DNA from: TPA_inf: Saccharomyces
Lineage: Eukaryota
Direction: 5' to 3'
Assembly (NCBI GenBank): GCA_000146045.2
Contig: BK006935.2
Coordinates: 1 to 64,000 of the forward strand
Length of the DNA: 64,000 nt
The position numbers and the translations under genes are program-made. Each line of letters begins with the position of its first letter. Within the stretch, counting starts at the first letter, position 1. Positions 1 through 11,564 of the stretch are shown here, piece after piece. Under the pieces are notes generated by a model. It did not search any database, had not been told where the DNA came from, and saw nothing but the letters and a program-made list of their open reading frames with translations.

Positions 1-62
1 CCACACCACACCCACACACCCACACACCACACCACACACCACACCACACCCACACACACACA
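1..62. repeat. Terminal telomeric C1-3A/TG1-3 repeat tract
   Basis: Irregular CCACACC/CACACCC units run from base 1 and stop abruptly at 62. This matches the budding-yeast telomere repeat and places the window at a chromosome end. Confidence 0.95.
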
Positions 63-336
63 TCCTAACACTACCCTAACACAGCCCTAATCTAACCCTG
101 GCCAACCTGTCTCTCAACTTACCCTCCATTACCCTGCCTCCACTCGTTACCCTGTCCCATTCAACCATACCACTCCGAACCACCATCCATCCCTCTACTT
201 ACTACCACTCACCCACCGTTACCCTCCAATTACCCATATCCAACCCACTGCCACTTACCCTACCATTACCCTACCATCCACCATGACCTACTCACCATAC
301 TGTTCTTCTACCCACCATATTGAAACGCTAACAAAT
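63..336. repeat. Subtelomeric X-element combinatorial repeats (STR) with TTAGGG-like units
   Basis: C/A-rich degenerate repeats lie immediately inside the telomere tract. Several CCCTAA units (taccctaacacagccctaatctaaccctgg near 70-110) are the Tbf1-type vertebrate-like repeat typical of yeast STR elements. The boundary is approximate. Confidence 0.7.
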
Positions 337-801
337 GATCGTAAATAACACACACGTGCTTACCCTACCACTTTATACCACCACCACATGCCATACTCAC
401 CCTCACTTGTATACTGATTTTACGTACGCACACGGATGCTACAGTATATACCATCTCAAACTTACCCTACTCTCAGATTCCACTTCACTCCATGGCCCAT
501 CTCTCACTGAATCAGTACCAAATGCACTCACATCATTATGCACGGCACTTGCCTCAGCGGTCTATACCCTGTGCCATTTACCCATAACGCCCATCATTAT
601 CCACATTTTGATATCTATATCTCATTCGGCGGTCCCAAATATTGTATAACTGCCCTTAATACATACGTTATACCACTTTTGCACCATATACTTACCACTC
701 CATTTATATACACTTATGTCAATATTACAGAAAAATCCCCACAAAAATCACCTAAACATAAAAATATTCTACTTTTCAACAATAATACATAAACATATTG
801 G
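337..801. repeat. Core X element of an X-only telomere (no Y' element follows)
   Basis: About 460 bp of AT-rich non-coding sequence sits between the STR repeats and unique DNA and ends with a perfect ARS consensus match. Only short spurious ORFs lie on it. Limits are recalled from the known structure of this chromosome end, not derived independently. Confidence 0.55.
753..763 (-). promoter_or_regulatory. ARS consensus sequence (ACS) 11/11 match, X-element origin
   Basis: The plus strand reads taaacataaaa at 753-763. Its reverse complement TTTTATGTTTA fits WTTTAYRTTTW exactly. Core X elements are known to carry an ACS. Confidence 0.55.
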
Positions 802-1806
802 CTTGTGGTAGCAACACTATCATGGTATCACTAACGTAAAAGTTCCTCAATATTGCAATTTGCTTGAACGGATGCTATTTCAGAATATTTCGTACTTACA
901 CAGGCCATACATTAGAATAATATGTCACATCACTGTCGTAACACTCTTTATTCACCGAGCAATAATACGGTAGTGGCTCAAACTCATGCGGGTGCTATGA
1001 TACAATTATATCTTATTTCCATTCCCATATGCTAACCGCAATATCCTAAAAGCATAACTGATGCATCTTTAATCTTGTATGTGACACTACTCATACGAAG
1101 GGACTATATCTAGTCAAGACGATACTGTGATAGGTACGTTATTTAATAGGATCTATAACGAAATGTCAAATAATTTTACGGTAATATAACTTATCAGCGG
1201 CGTATACTAAAACGGACGTTACGATATTGTCTCACTTCATCTTACCACCCTCTATCTTATTGCTGATAGAACACTAACCCCTCAGCTTTATTTCTAGTTA
1301 CAGTTACACAAAAAACTATGCCAACCCAGAAATCTTGATATTTTACGTGTCAAAAAATGAGGGTCTCTAAATGAGAGTTTGGTACCATGACTTGTAACTC
1401 GCACTGCCCTGATCTGCAATCTTGTTCTTAGAAGTGACGCATATTCTATACGGCCCGACGCGACGCGCCAAAAAATGAAAAACGAAGCAGCGACTCATTT
1501 TTATTTAAGGACAAAGGTTGCGAAGCCGCACATTTCCAATTTCATTGTTGTTTATTGGACATACACTGTTAGCTTTATTACCGTCCACGTTTTTTCTACA
1601 ATAGTGTAGAAGTTTCTTTCTTATGTTCATCGTATTCATAAAATGCTTCACGAACACCGTCATTGATCAAATAGGTCTATAATATTAATATACATTTATA
1701 TAATCTACGGTATTTATATCATCAAAAAAAAGTAGTTTTTTTATTTTATTTTGTTCGTTAATTTTCAATTTCTATGGAAACCCGTTCGTAAAATTGGCGT
1801 TTGTCT

Positions 1807-2169
1807 CTAGTTTGCGATAGTGTAGATACCGTCCTTGGATAGAGCACTGGAGATGGCTGGCTTTAATCTGCTGGAGTACCATGGAACACCGGTGATCATT
1901 CTGGTCACTTGGTCTGGAGCAATACCGGTCAACATGGTGGTGAAGTCACCGTAGTTGAAAACGGCTTCAGCAACTTCGACTGGGTAGGTTTCAGTTGGGT
2001 GGGCGGCTTGGAACATGTAGTATTGGGCTAAGTGAGCTCTGATATCAGAGACGTAGACACCCAATTCCACCAAGTTGACTCTTTCGTCAGATTGAGCTAG
2101 AGTGGTGGTTGCAGAAGCAGTAGCAGCGATGGCAGCGACACCAGCGGCGATTGAAGTTAATTTGACCAT
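1807..2169 (-). CDS. PAU8: Seripauperin (PAU/TIR family cell-wall mannoprotein), 120 aa
   Basis: The ORF product [76 protein letters not shown]... is the conserved seripauperin sequence. It has an N-terminal signal peptide, and its subtelomeric position is typical of PAU genes. Confidence 0.93.
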   Translation of the reverse strand: MVKLTSIAAGVAAIAATASATTTLAQSDERVNLVELGVYVSDIRAHLAQYYMFQAAHPTETYPVEVAEAVFNYGDFTTMLTGIAPDQVTRMITGVPWYSSRLKPAISSALSKDGIYTIAN

Positions 2170-2479
2170 TGTATTTGTTTTGTTTGTTAGTGCTGATATA
2201 AGCTTAACAGGAAAGGAAAGAATAAAGACATATTCTCAAAGGCATATAGTTGAAGCAGCTCTATTTATACCCATTCCCTCATGGGTTGTTGCTATTTAAA
2301 CGATCGCTGACTGGCACCAGTTCCTCATCAAATATTCTCTATATCTCATCTTTCACACAATCTCATTATCTCTATGGAGATGCTCTTGTTTCTGAACGAA
2401 TCATAAATCTTTCATAGGTTTCGTATGTGGAGTACTGTTTTATGGCGCTTATGTGTATTCGTATGCGCAGAATGTGGGA

Positions 2480-2707
2480 ATGCCAATTATAGGGGTGCCG
2501 AGGTGCCTTATAAAACCCTTTTCTGTGCCTGTGACATTTCCTTTTTCGGTCAAAAAGAATATCCGAATTTTAGATTTGGACCCTCGTACAGAAGCTTATT
2601 GTCTAAGCCTGAATTCAGTCTGCTTTAAACGGCTTCCGCGGAGGAAATATTTCCATCTCTTGAATTCGTACAACATTAAACGTGTGTTGGGAGTCGTATA
2701 CTGTTAG
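2480..2707 (+). CDS. Small uncharacterised ORF (75 aa from the second Met of the 84-aa ORF)
   Basis: Open frame 2453..2707. I recall a small annotated ORF (YAL067W-A) here starting at the internal Met at 2480. It has no recognisable domain, so coding status is uncertain. Confidence 0.25.
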   Translation: MPIIGVPRCLIKPFSVPVTFPFSVKKNIRILDLDPRTEAYCLSLNSVCFKRLPRRKYFHLLNSYNIKRVLGVVYC

Positions 2708-5700
2708 GGTCTGTAAACTTGTGAACTCTCGGCAAATGCCTTGGTGCAATTACGTAATTTTAGCCGCTGAGAAGCGGATGGTAATGAGACAAGTTGATAT
2801 CAAACAGATACATATTTAAAAGAGGGTACCGCTAATTTAGCAGGGCAGTATTATTGTAGTTTGATATGTACGGCTAACTGAACCTAAGTAGGGATATGAG
2901 AGTAAGAACGTTCGGCTACTCTTCTTTCTAAGTGGGATTTTTCTTAATCCTTGGATTCTTAAAAGGTTATTAAAGTTCCGCACAAAGAACGCTTGGAAAT
3001 CGCATTCATCAAAGAACAACTCTTCGTTTTCCAAACAATCTTCCCGAAAAAGTAGCCGTTCATTTCCCTTCCGATTTCATTCCTAGACTGCCAAATTTTT
3101 CTTGCTCATTTATAATGATTGATAAGAATTGTATTTGTGTCCCATTCTCGTAGATAAAATTCTTGGATGTTAAAAAATTATTATTTTCTTCATAAAGAAG
3201 CTTTCAAGATATAAGATACGAAATAGGGGTTGATAATTGCATGACAGTAGCTTTAGATCAAAAAGGAAAGCATGGAGGGAAACAGTAAACAGTGAAAATT
3301 CTCTTGAGAACCAAAGTAAACCTTCATTGAAGAGCTTCCTTAAAAAATTTAGAATCTCCCATGTCAACGGGTTTCCATACCTCCCCAGCATCATACATCT
3401 TTTTTCAAAGAAACTTCAAATGCCTCTTTTATGCAAGGGGCAAAATCCTGAAATGACTTAAACTTAGCAGTTTCGTCTTTTTTCAAAGAGAATGGTTGAA
3501 GAAGAATTGTTTTGGACGCTTATTGACAATCTGTTGCATTGATAAAGTACCTACTATCCCAGACTATATTTGTATACAAGTACAAAATTAGGTTTGTTGA
3601 AACAACTTTCCGATCATTGGTGCCCGTATCTGATGTTTTTTTAGTAATTTCTTTGTAAATACAGGGAGTTGTTTCGAAAGCTTATGAGAAAAATACATGA
3701 ATGACAGGTAAAAATATTGGCTCGAAAAAGAGGACAAAAAGAGAAATCATAAATGAGTAAACCCACTTGCTGGACATTATCCAGTAAAGGCTTGGTAGTA
3801 ACCATAATATTACCCAGGTACGAAACGCTAAGAACTTGAAAGACTCATAAAACTTCCAGGTTAAGCTATTTTTGAAAATATTCTGAGGTAAAAGCCATTA
3901 AGGTCCAGATAACCAAGGGACAATAAACCTATGCTTTTCTTGTCTTCAATTTCAGTATCTTTCCATTTTGATAATGAGCTAGTGATCCGGAAAGCTACTT
4001 TATGATGTTTCAAGGCCTGAAGTTTGAATATTTATGTAGTTCAACATCAAATGTGTCTATTTTGTGATGAGGCAACCGTCGACAACCTTATTATCGAAAA
4101 AGAACAACAAGTTCACATGCTTGTTACTCTCTATAACTAGAGAGTACTTTTTTTGGAAGCAAGTAAGAATAAGTCAATTTCTACTTACCTCATTAGGGAA
4201 AAATTTAATAGCAGTTGTTATAACGACAAATACAGGCCCTAAAAAATTCACTGTATTCAATGGTCTACGAATCGTCAATCGCTTGCGGTTATGGCACGAA
4301 GAACAATGCAATAGCTCTTACAAGCCACTACATGACAAGCAACTCATAATTTAAGTGGATAGCTTGTGATAAATTGAATTTTCTCTGTTTAGTACTTGCC
4401 GAATAGTTACTTGTTAGTTGCAGATGCTTTTTGATGACAAAGTTATCAATCTCAATATTAAACTTTTTAGGCTTTCAGGTTTAATCTTTCTTTGAGGGTG
4501 TATTAATTTTCATACAAATATTTGATTCATTATTCGTTTTACTGTTACATTAGACCTGCTCATTACATGGAGTAACTTAAGTTTTCTCAAACGCTTGATA
4601 GCATGATTTGATGTAGTAAAAAAAAAGGCAGAGTTTCCAAAAAAAATTGTTAATCGACAAAGTTAATATTATGGTGGTAGTATCTCAAATATCTGGATAA
4701 CCAGATCGTACATCTCTGATAAACAATCTTTGCCACTGCTTTATCCTTTTAAATTGTATTGAGTGCTTCAGTCATTGCAAAATTTTACGAGATTTAAAAT
4801 TTGTGAACCCGACCTTACCGAGAAATGATGAGCTAATTTTTATAGGTCGACCCTTCTGTCGCTTACTGGGTTGATTATCTTGTGCTTTCTTAGTATCTAT
4901 CACAAAGGAGACAAAATCGTTGATAAAAAGTGCATCAACATTCCCAGCCAGAAAATGCACATCATAAAGACATGTTATTCAAGAGCCACGACCGTCTTCA
5001 ATTTATCTTTTATAAAAAACCCTTGTTCTACTGACAGGATGGAATAGATATTAAATATACATTTTGCATTTTTTTTTTTTTCTGTATTGAAGATTTGTAT
5101 ATGAAAGATGTTTATACATCAAATGCTTTGAATAAAGCCATCTTAATTTCAATTTCATGCCCTCCTTCACCGTTTTCTGTTGGTCTAGAGGTAGCTTGTT
5201 GTGGTCACTAATGAGAACTTAAATAGTTTTCAACTGCTGGTGATAAATCAATAATTTATGTTCTTAACCTAACATTTGATGACCTTTGATGCGTTGGTTA
5301 TGTTGAAGACAAATTGCCTCTAATCAGTTCCATTAAGAAATCTTCTTAACTCCTCCAAATATTCTGCCCATACGATACCTATTTGTTTACTTTGTCATTT
5401 TGCCATAAGATTGGTATCCACTTCTTGTCTGTAAAATAATTAGAAAGTAGCACAATTTTTACAGTAATGTAGCACGCGTAACTCCTAAACTTTGTCATAA
5501 TGGTTGAAATGAATGTATGATATAAAAACTCGGACCCTGTTTTACTTCTTTTATAGAACCTTATTTTTGACGCAGGGAGGCGACATTTATCCAAATTAAG
5601 TTTTGACATGGCGCATCAGGGAATAAAAAAAACTTTATTATGTGGCCGAATCAACATTAATCAAATGCACTAATATTGTAACGTTCTTACAAAGGGCAGA

Positions 5701-7234
5701 CAACTTGAGAACTTTCATGCGTGCAACAGTATTAATATTTTACTGTCTTGATATCGTTATCCTCATCGTAACGTGAATTTTTTTGTCTCATACGTTAAGG
5801 TAAATTTTGATGACCCCCGTTGTCCTTGTTTGCCTTACTGTATAAAGCACCCTTTTATTGTTTAGAATACTAGAATGATAACTGCATTCGGACTATGAAA
5901 GAAAAAATGGTAGTAGCAAAGGATAGGCATCGCCGTATTTACTACTTTGTAAACCAGTGGATTTTTGCTCAACATATAAAAAACTAAAGACCTTTTTTTC
6001 ATCAATATACTTCTGAGACGTGCAGATGTGATATTCGGGTTTGAGCTTGTAGTCAACGAAGCGGGTTCATGGGCAAATTTTCTTTTTTTTCCCTTTTTTT
6101 TTGTCTAGATTATTTCGAATATGAGTTAATCATACGTTGATTAGTACTGTTGGTCTCTCATTGAAATTTTACGTGACACCATCATTTTACTTCCACATAA
6201 GTTCTAATGTTACGTAGTTCAATTTTAGTCGACCTAGCTTCATATTTATTTTAGAAGCAATTCGTAATTATCATTTTGCTTTCGAAGAAAATTAAGACTT
6301 CATTTACTATTCTCGTGATATTTTAGTAGGCGCTTCTTTTGTATCGAACCATTTTATTGCAATGGCCCTTAAGTTACCGTTATTCATACCAATTTGACGT
6401 TAATTTTAAATGCGTTCTGAAGTTTCTTAAATAACCCGGATTGGTTAGGTTCAGCCATGCCTGGCGCGTACATTGAGGCATTAGAAGATCCGCAGATAAA
6501 TAATAAGCTTAGTAAATCCTAAAGATAACAACTAAAATTATATTTCCATCAGCTCAATACCGCAGTACTTTGAAACCTGATTTATATATTGCAGAACTTA
6601 ATTAAAAGTACATTGTAGTTCAAAAAATAAATATCAAACTTTTGGACCCTCTCTTATTGCCTCCCAATTAATTAAAACATCTTTTCTTCCAATCTACAGG
6701 TTTGAAAAGGTAATAAGTAATATAAACTTGAGAACCAAAAAAAAAAAAAAAAAAATACTGATCCTTACAGGTTTTAAGGTTGCAAAGGGAACATTTATTG
6801 AAAGGAGCTAACAATAGTGGGTATGAGTAAAGATATATAGATCGATATTTTGAATTCTAAATGATGAACTAGGGAAGTAATTTAGGTGAAACATTGCAAC
6901 CAATCATTTTACACTTTTGGTTGCACGTAATGTACCTTTTTATGATATTTTTTTTTTATAGTAGTAGTGTGAAAATTTCTTCAGGACTTGCAAAAAGAAT
7001 CTAACTGATCTTCGGATGAGCCTTTATCGATTATTTTTTTCCTAAATATAATACTTTACAAGCGAATGTTTTGTTAGGAGAAAGATATAAAAATTATGCG
7101 GCATAGGCATATTATCCAATAAAAAGGAAATTTATATATAAACTTCATTTACGTCATAAGAAAATGTTAAGTTCTCTTAACGAAAACTGTGCGAATTTTG
7201 TGTTAAAGCTGGATGATGAGAAATTATTCTCGTA

Positions 7235-9016
7235 TTATTTTTCATCAGATACTGATAAGGTTTCAACGTCTTTTGACGTTGGCTTTTCCACACCATGTTT
7301 AGAGTTATAAAGCACAATACCGTTCTTCTTGGCATTGTTCCTTTCATCACGTTTATAGAAGTAGAGTACAACAAAAGTCCAAATGGAGAGACAAAAAGCA
7401 GAACATGCAGTGAAAGTAAACCCCTTTAAATACCTGGGAGCTTCTTCTGTTTTCCAAACCAAAACACTTATCCATGCGGTAGATGATTGAGCCATAATAT
7501 TCATTGTAACTAAAGTAATAGCTCTAGTTTGAGCATCTCGGCGACAAATATCGTTTTGCCAAGAGTATAAAACAGGAGCCATAGCCCAACCAAAACATTG
7601 CAGCATAAATGCAAACCATTTGGCTCCTTCTGCGACGTCCCAAGCGGCTAATATGGAGTTACCAATGATATTGAAAACCTGAGTAAAAATAATCGCAAAC
7701 CAACGAGAGTGTAATTTATCTGCAATAATACCAGTAAGCATCAAATAAACCATACCTAAACCCGGAGTAATCATGGATAACTGATTGAGCTTAGGAATAG
7801 AGTATCTTTTCAAAGATTTCAACCATAGTAGGTATGCCCCAGATGAAACATTACTGTCATTCCAACAGAAAATATTCCATAAAGTTAAAATGTATATTTT
7901 CCAATCACTGAAAATTGTTTTCCACAGTTTAATATCGAATACTTTTGTTTCAAAATCACTTTTACCTGTTTGGTTTTCTTTTAATCTTTTCCTCGCCAAC
8001 CTAATTTCATCATCAGTTAAGAAAATAGAATAACAGTTGTATGGGTCACCTGGCAGGGAGTAAAATCCAATAAGGCCCACTACGACAGACACAATAGCGT
8101 CAATAATAAAGTTCCATCTCCATCCCTCTAAACCATTTACACCATTTAACGATGAATATACGGCTGACTGGATCCCACCAGCGGATAGAATACCGATATA
8201 CTGGCCCAAATAGTAAAAAGCAGAACGACGCACCATTTCATCATGTTTGTAAAAGGAACCAAACAAATATTGGTATGCCAAATAACTTGGCGCTTCAAAA
8301 GCCCCAATGAAAAACCTAATTGCTTTCAAGTGTGGTACAGAATTGACATATGCAGCACCAACGGTTAAAAGCGACCAACATAAGTCGAGGCTTGGTAAAA
8401 CATAGTTTAATGGGAGCTTGTTCAGGTAAATCAAAAATGGCAATTGAAATATAATATTACCAACTGTGTACATTACTTGAGTATGCACCAAATCATTACC
8501 TTGAAAGCCTAAATCTTCCTTCATTCCCGAAACGTAAGCGTTGTTTATATTAACCGTATCCAGATATTTCACCCAATAAGCAATACAAGAATAAAAGGCT
8601 AAAAGGACATCCAATTTAATTAATAATTTTTTTTCTTTGAAAGAGGTACCCTGTTTGAACCAACTATACCATTTATTGTGAGATCTTTCCTTTTCATTGA
8701 TCCGATACTCTTGTTCATCGAAAAATCTCCACCATGGCCTATCGGCTTCATCTCTATATTCATAACTTCTAGTAACGTTCACATTGTCTTTATGTTCACT
8801 ATAGCTACTAGTCTCAAAATGTAGTTGATCTTTTTCACTTGTAGTCGTGATGAAATTTTCAGCTGTTTCATGACTCTGGATACTGTTGGAGATAGTGACA
8901 ATTTCTGTTGAATTTAAGTCATCTGGCAGGTCTTCCACCTGCCGCTTTACTGGAATAAAACCCCATTTTAGTCTTTTGTAAGGATCTACAATAATCTCTT
9001 TAACAATTGAATACAT
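7235..9016 (-). CDS. SEO1: Major-facilitator-superfamily permease of the allantoate/Dal5 family, 593 aa
   Basis: A 593-aa ORF with a long hydrophilic N-terminus followed by multiple hydrophobic TM segments ([55 protein letters not shown]). It matches SEO1 from memory. Confidence 0.9.
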
Positions 9017-10090
9017 GTATGTTATTTATATATGCAGTAGTTCTCTTTGTAATTTTTTTTAACAAATAGAGAGTAAGATATGTAGCGAATGTCCATTCAT
9101 CATAACAGGTAAACTAGATGCTCTTTTATATAGTCTGGTTGTATAAATAATTTATATCCTCATCTAAACGCATGTCTCCGCTTGGTTTCTTATCTATTTG
9201 TGGAGGCACCCGTAGTACTGTGCTTTCGTATTTTTTTATTTATTTATTATTTGTAGCAGTTTTTTTCCAGTGACACAATCTTTACCATTACACAGTTTTT
9301 ACTATTTCTAATGATTACATTGGACCATCGGAAAACTGCGCTAACTTTGGATAACGCCACAGAACGTGATCTGACTATTGTAAAGGTGTCATTCGGTAAG
9401 GTAAACCTTCAAGGCGTCCACACCTTTAACCATATAACAGCGTAAACTCTTGTTAAAATACAGGGGTAAGACATTGGTGGATATTCAACAAGATCCGATA
9501 CCTCCAATTCCGATTTCTACAAATTGTGCTCTACATATTACTGCGATGCAATTATCCACACATAAAATCGATGCCTTTAGAAAAAGACATAAAGCAGACG
9601 GCATTGTAGATATTTGACCAATTAGAATTGAATGAGATGAATATCTCACCAAGCTATTCGATATTATAGATAAAGTTTGTATCTTAGTTATGCATTGTGA
9701 GTTGGTTGCTCTACTCGCGGTTACCAGTCTCTTCTAAAAAATCTAAGGCCAATGGTATCCATGACATTTCTGCACTTTTTGTAATTGGTTTAGTTATGAA
9801 AGGAACGTCAAACCAAATGGTTTTTCAGATAAGAAATTGACAGTATCTGAGAATTTGCTATCAAAGCTCAGAGGATTTACATATTTTAACGTAATTAAAA
9901 CATTTTTATGTTCGATATATTAGCAAATAGCGTATTAATATACAGCTGTTGCGCTCATGGTAAAATTTAGCGATATACTTTGCATCTTGGCTGCAAAGAA
10001 GAATGAATCGGATATACTATTTTTGATCATAATGACGGACATCATGATATAATAACGTTATACGGATAACTTTATTTCAAAAGCACCATC

Positions 10091-10399
10091 ATGTTATCTC
10101 TTGTAAAAAGAAGTATTCTTCATTCAATACCAATTACTCGTCACATTCTTCCAATCCAATTAATATTGGTTAAAATGAACCATGTGCAAATCAGAAACAT
10201 AAAATTATATCACTTTATTTCATATGGTTTCATGCTTACAAAGCTTACTGTCTTTCTCTTTAACTTATTTTTCTACAGGCTACGAATTCTTTGCAGGCTT
10301 ACTTTACTCATATTATCATTACCTGTACAAATATATATTAAAGAAATCCAAACAAAAATGCTTGAAAAGCATACAGCTTCCGATACATCATGTATATAG
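10091..10399 (+). CDS. Dubious 102-aa ORF
   Basis: An AT-rich ORF of low complexity with no recognisable domain. I recall it is annotated as dubious (YAL066W). Probably not protein-coding. Confidence 0.15.
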   Translation: MLSLVKRSILHSIPITRHILPIQLILVKMNHVQIRNIKLYHFISYGFMLTKLTVFLFNLFFYRLRILCRLTLLILSLPVQIYIKEIQTKMLEKHTASDTSCI

Positions 10400-11564
10400 A
10401 AAATCACAGTACAAAAATTTTGAATTTATGTATAACCGTTTCGCCTGATATATGTAAGAGCTCTTGATTGTCGGAATAGTTCGGGAATTCTGGGTGGAAC
10501 TAGTAGCTGGAGATGCGTTCTAAAGGATCTAAAATCAGACTCACCCCAAAAACCAAAATTTTGATATTCAACTTTAGTATTAGCCAGTCTTAAAATGATT
10601 TTTTGCCAAGAAAGCCGAAGTTTAACGAGCGTTTTAAAATATGCACAAGTCCATTAATTAAATTTGATCACAGTGATTACCAATTTTGTTGAAAGCAGTA
10701 ATTTGTGACGTCCGTTTTTGGCACAAGTAAAAAATATTTGTTTTGAAGTCTAGTTACAAGAAGCTACTGAAAACACAGGGCTGGATATAGATGTTTATAA
10801 GCTCCTCCCATGGTCTAAGAGTTTCTCCAAACGCCTAATGTATGCAATTTGTTAAATAAAAATGAAGAATAGATGCATAAACAAGCGTCATTAAAGTTCT
10901 TATCATTATTCCATGTAGAAATGACCTGCAAGTACGAGCTGGTTATGCGAAACTGAGCTTAACAACATAGTTTTCTTTTCCATTGGCTTGGATATAAATT
11001 TTTCGCTGAGAAACTTCTCTGCATTTTTTAAGCATTAAGCGTACATAACATAAAGTCACTGAGATATTAGAGGTTATAAAAAAAGACTACGTGGGTGTTT
11101 ACCTAAGATTTTCACAACTTGTTTATTAATTGGATAAATAGTATTTTTCTTGGCATTTACAAACTTTATGTTTTTAGGTGTATTTGCAGTTCCATTAAGG
11201 GAAATAAGTCATAAGCTTTTTTGGAAAACAGATTTTTTGCCCCGCTTAACCTGAAATTGATATTAAAAGAATGTGTGAATGGCCATTAACTAACAAGAGA
11301 ATTAATAATGTTAAAACACAGATACCTCGAAACAAACTCTATGTAAACACTTATTTTATTGTGGTAATATTTTTTGATAACAACACATCTGAAACAAAAT
11401 AATGCAAAGCCGAATAGTTAGGCTAAAAATGTACTCTTAGACATTTAAAAAGGTTTATGAATCCTATGGTATTTAATATATTAAAGAACGAAGTAAATGG
11501 GAAAAAATGTGTAAACACTATAAGCGTGATGATAGAATTATTAATATAAGATGATGCCGTGCGT

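Noticed and set aside
335-792. ORFs 335..649 and 538..792 inside the X element
   Set aside because: They lie within subtelomeric repeat DNA and are low-complexity His/Thr/Pro-rich translations of C/A-rich repeats, not genes.
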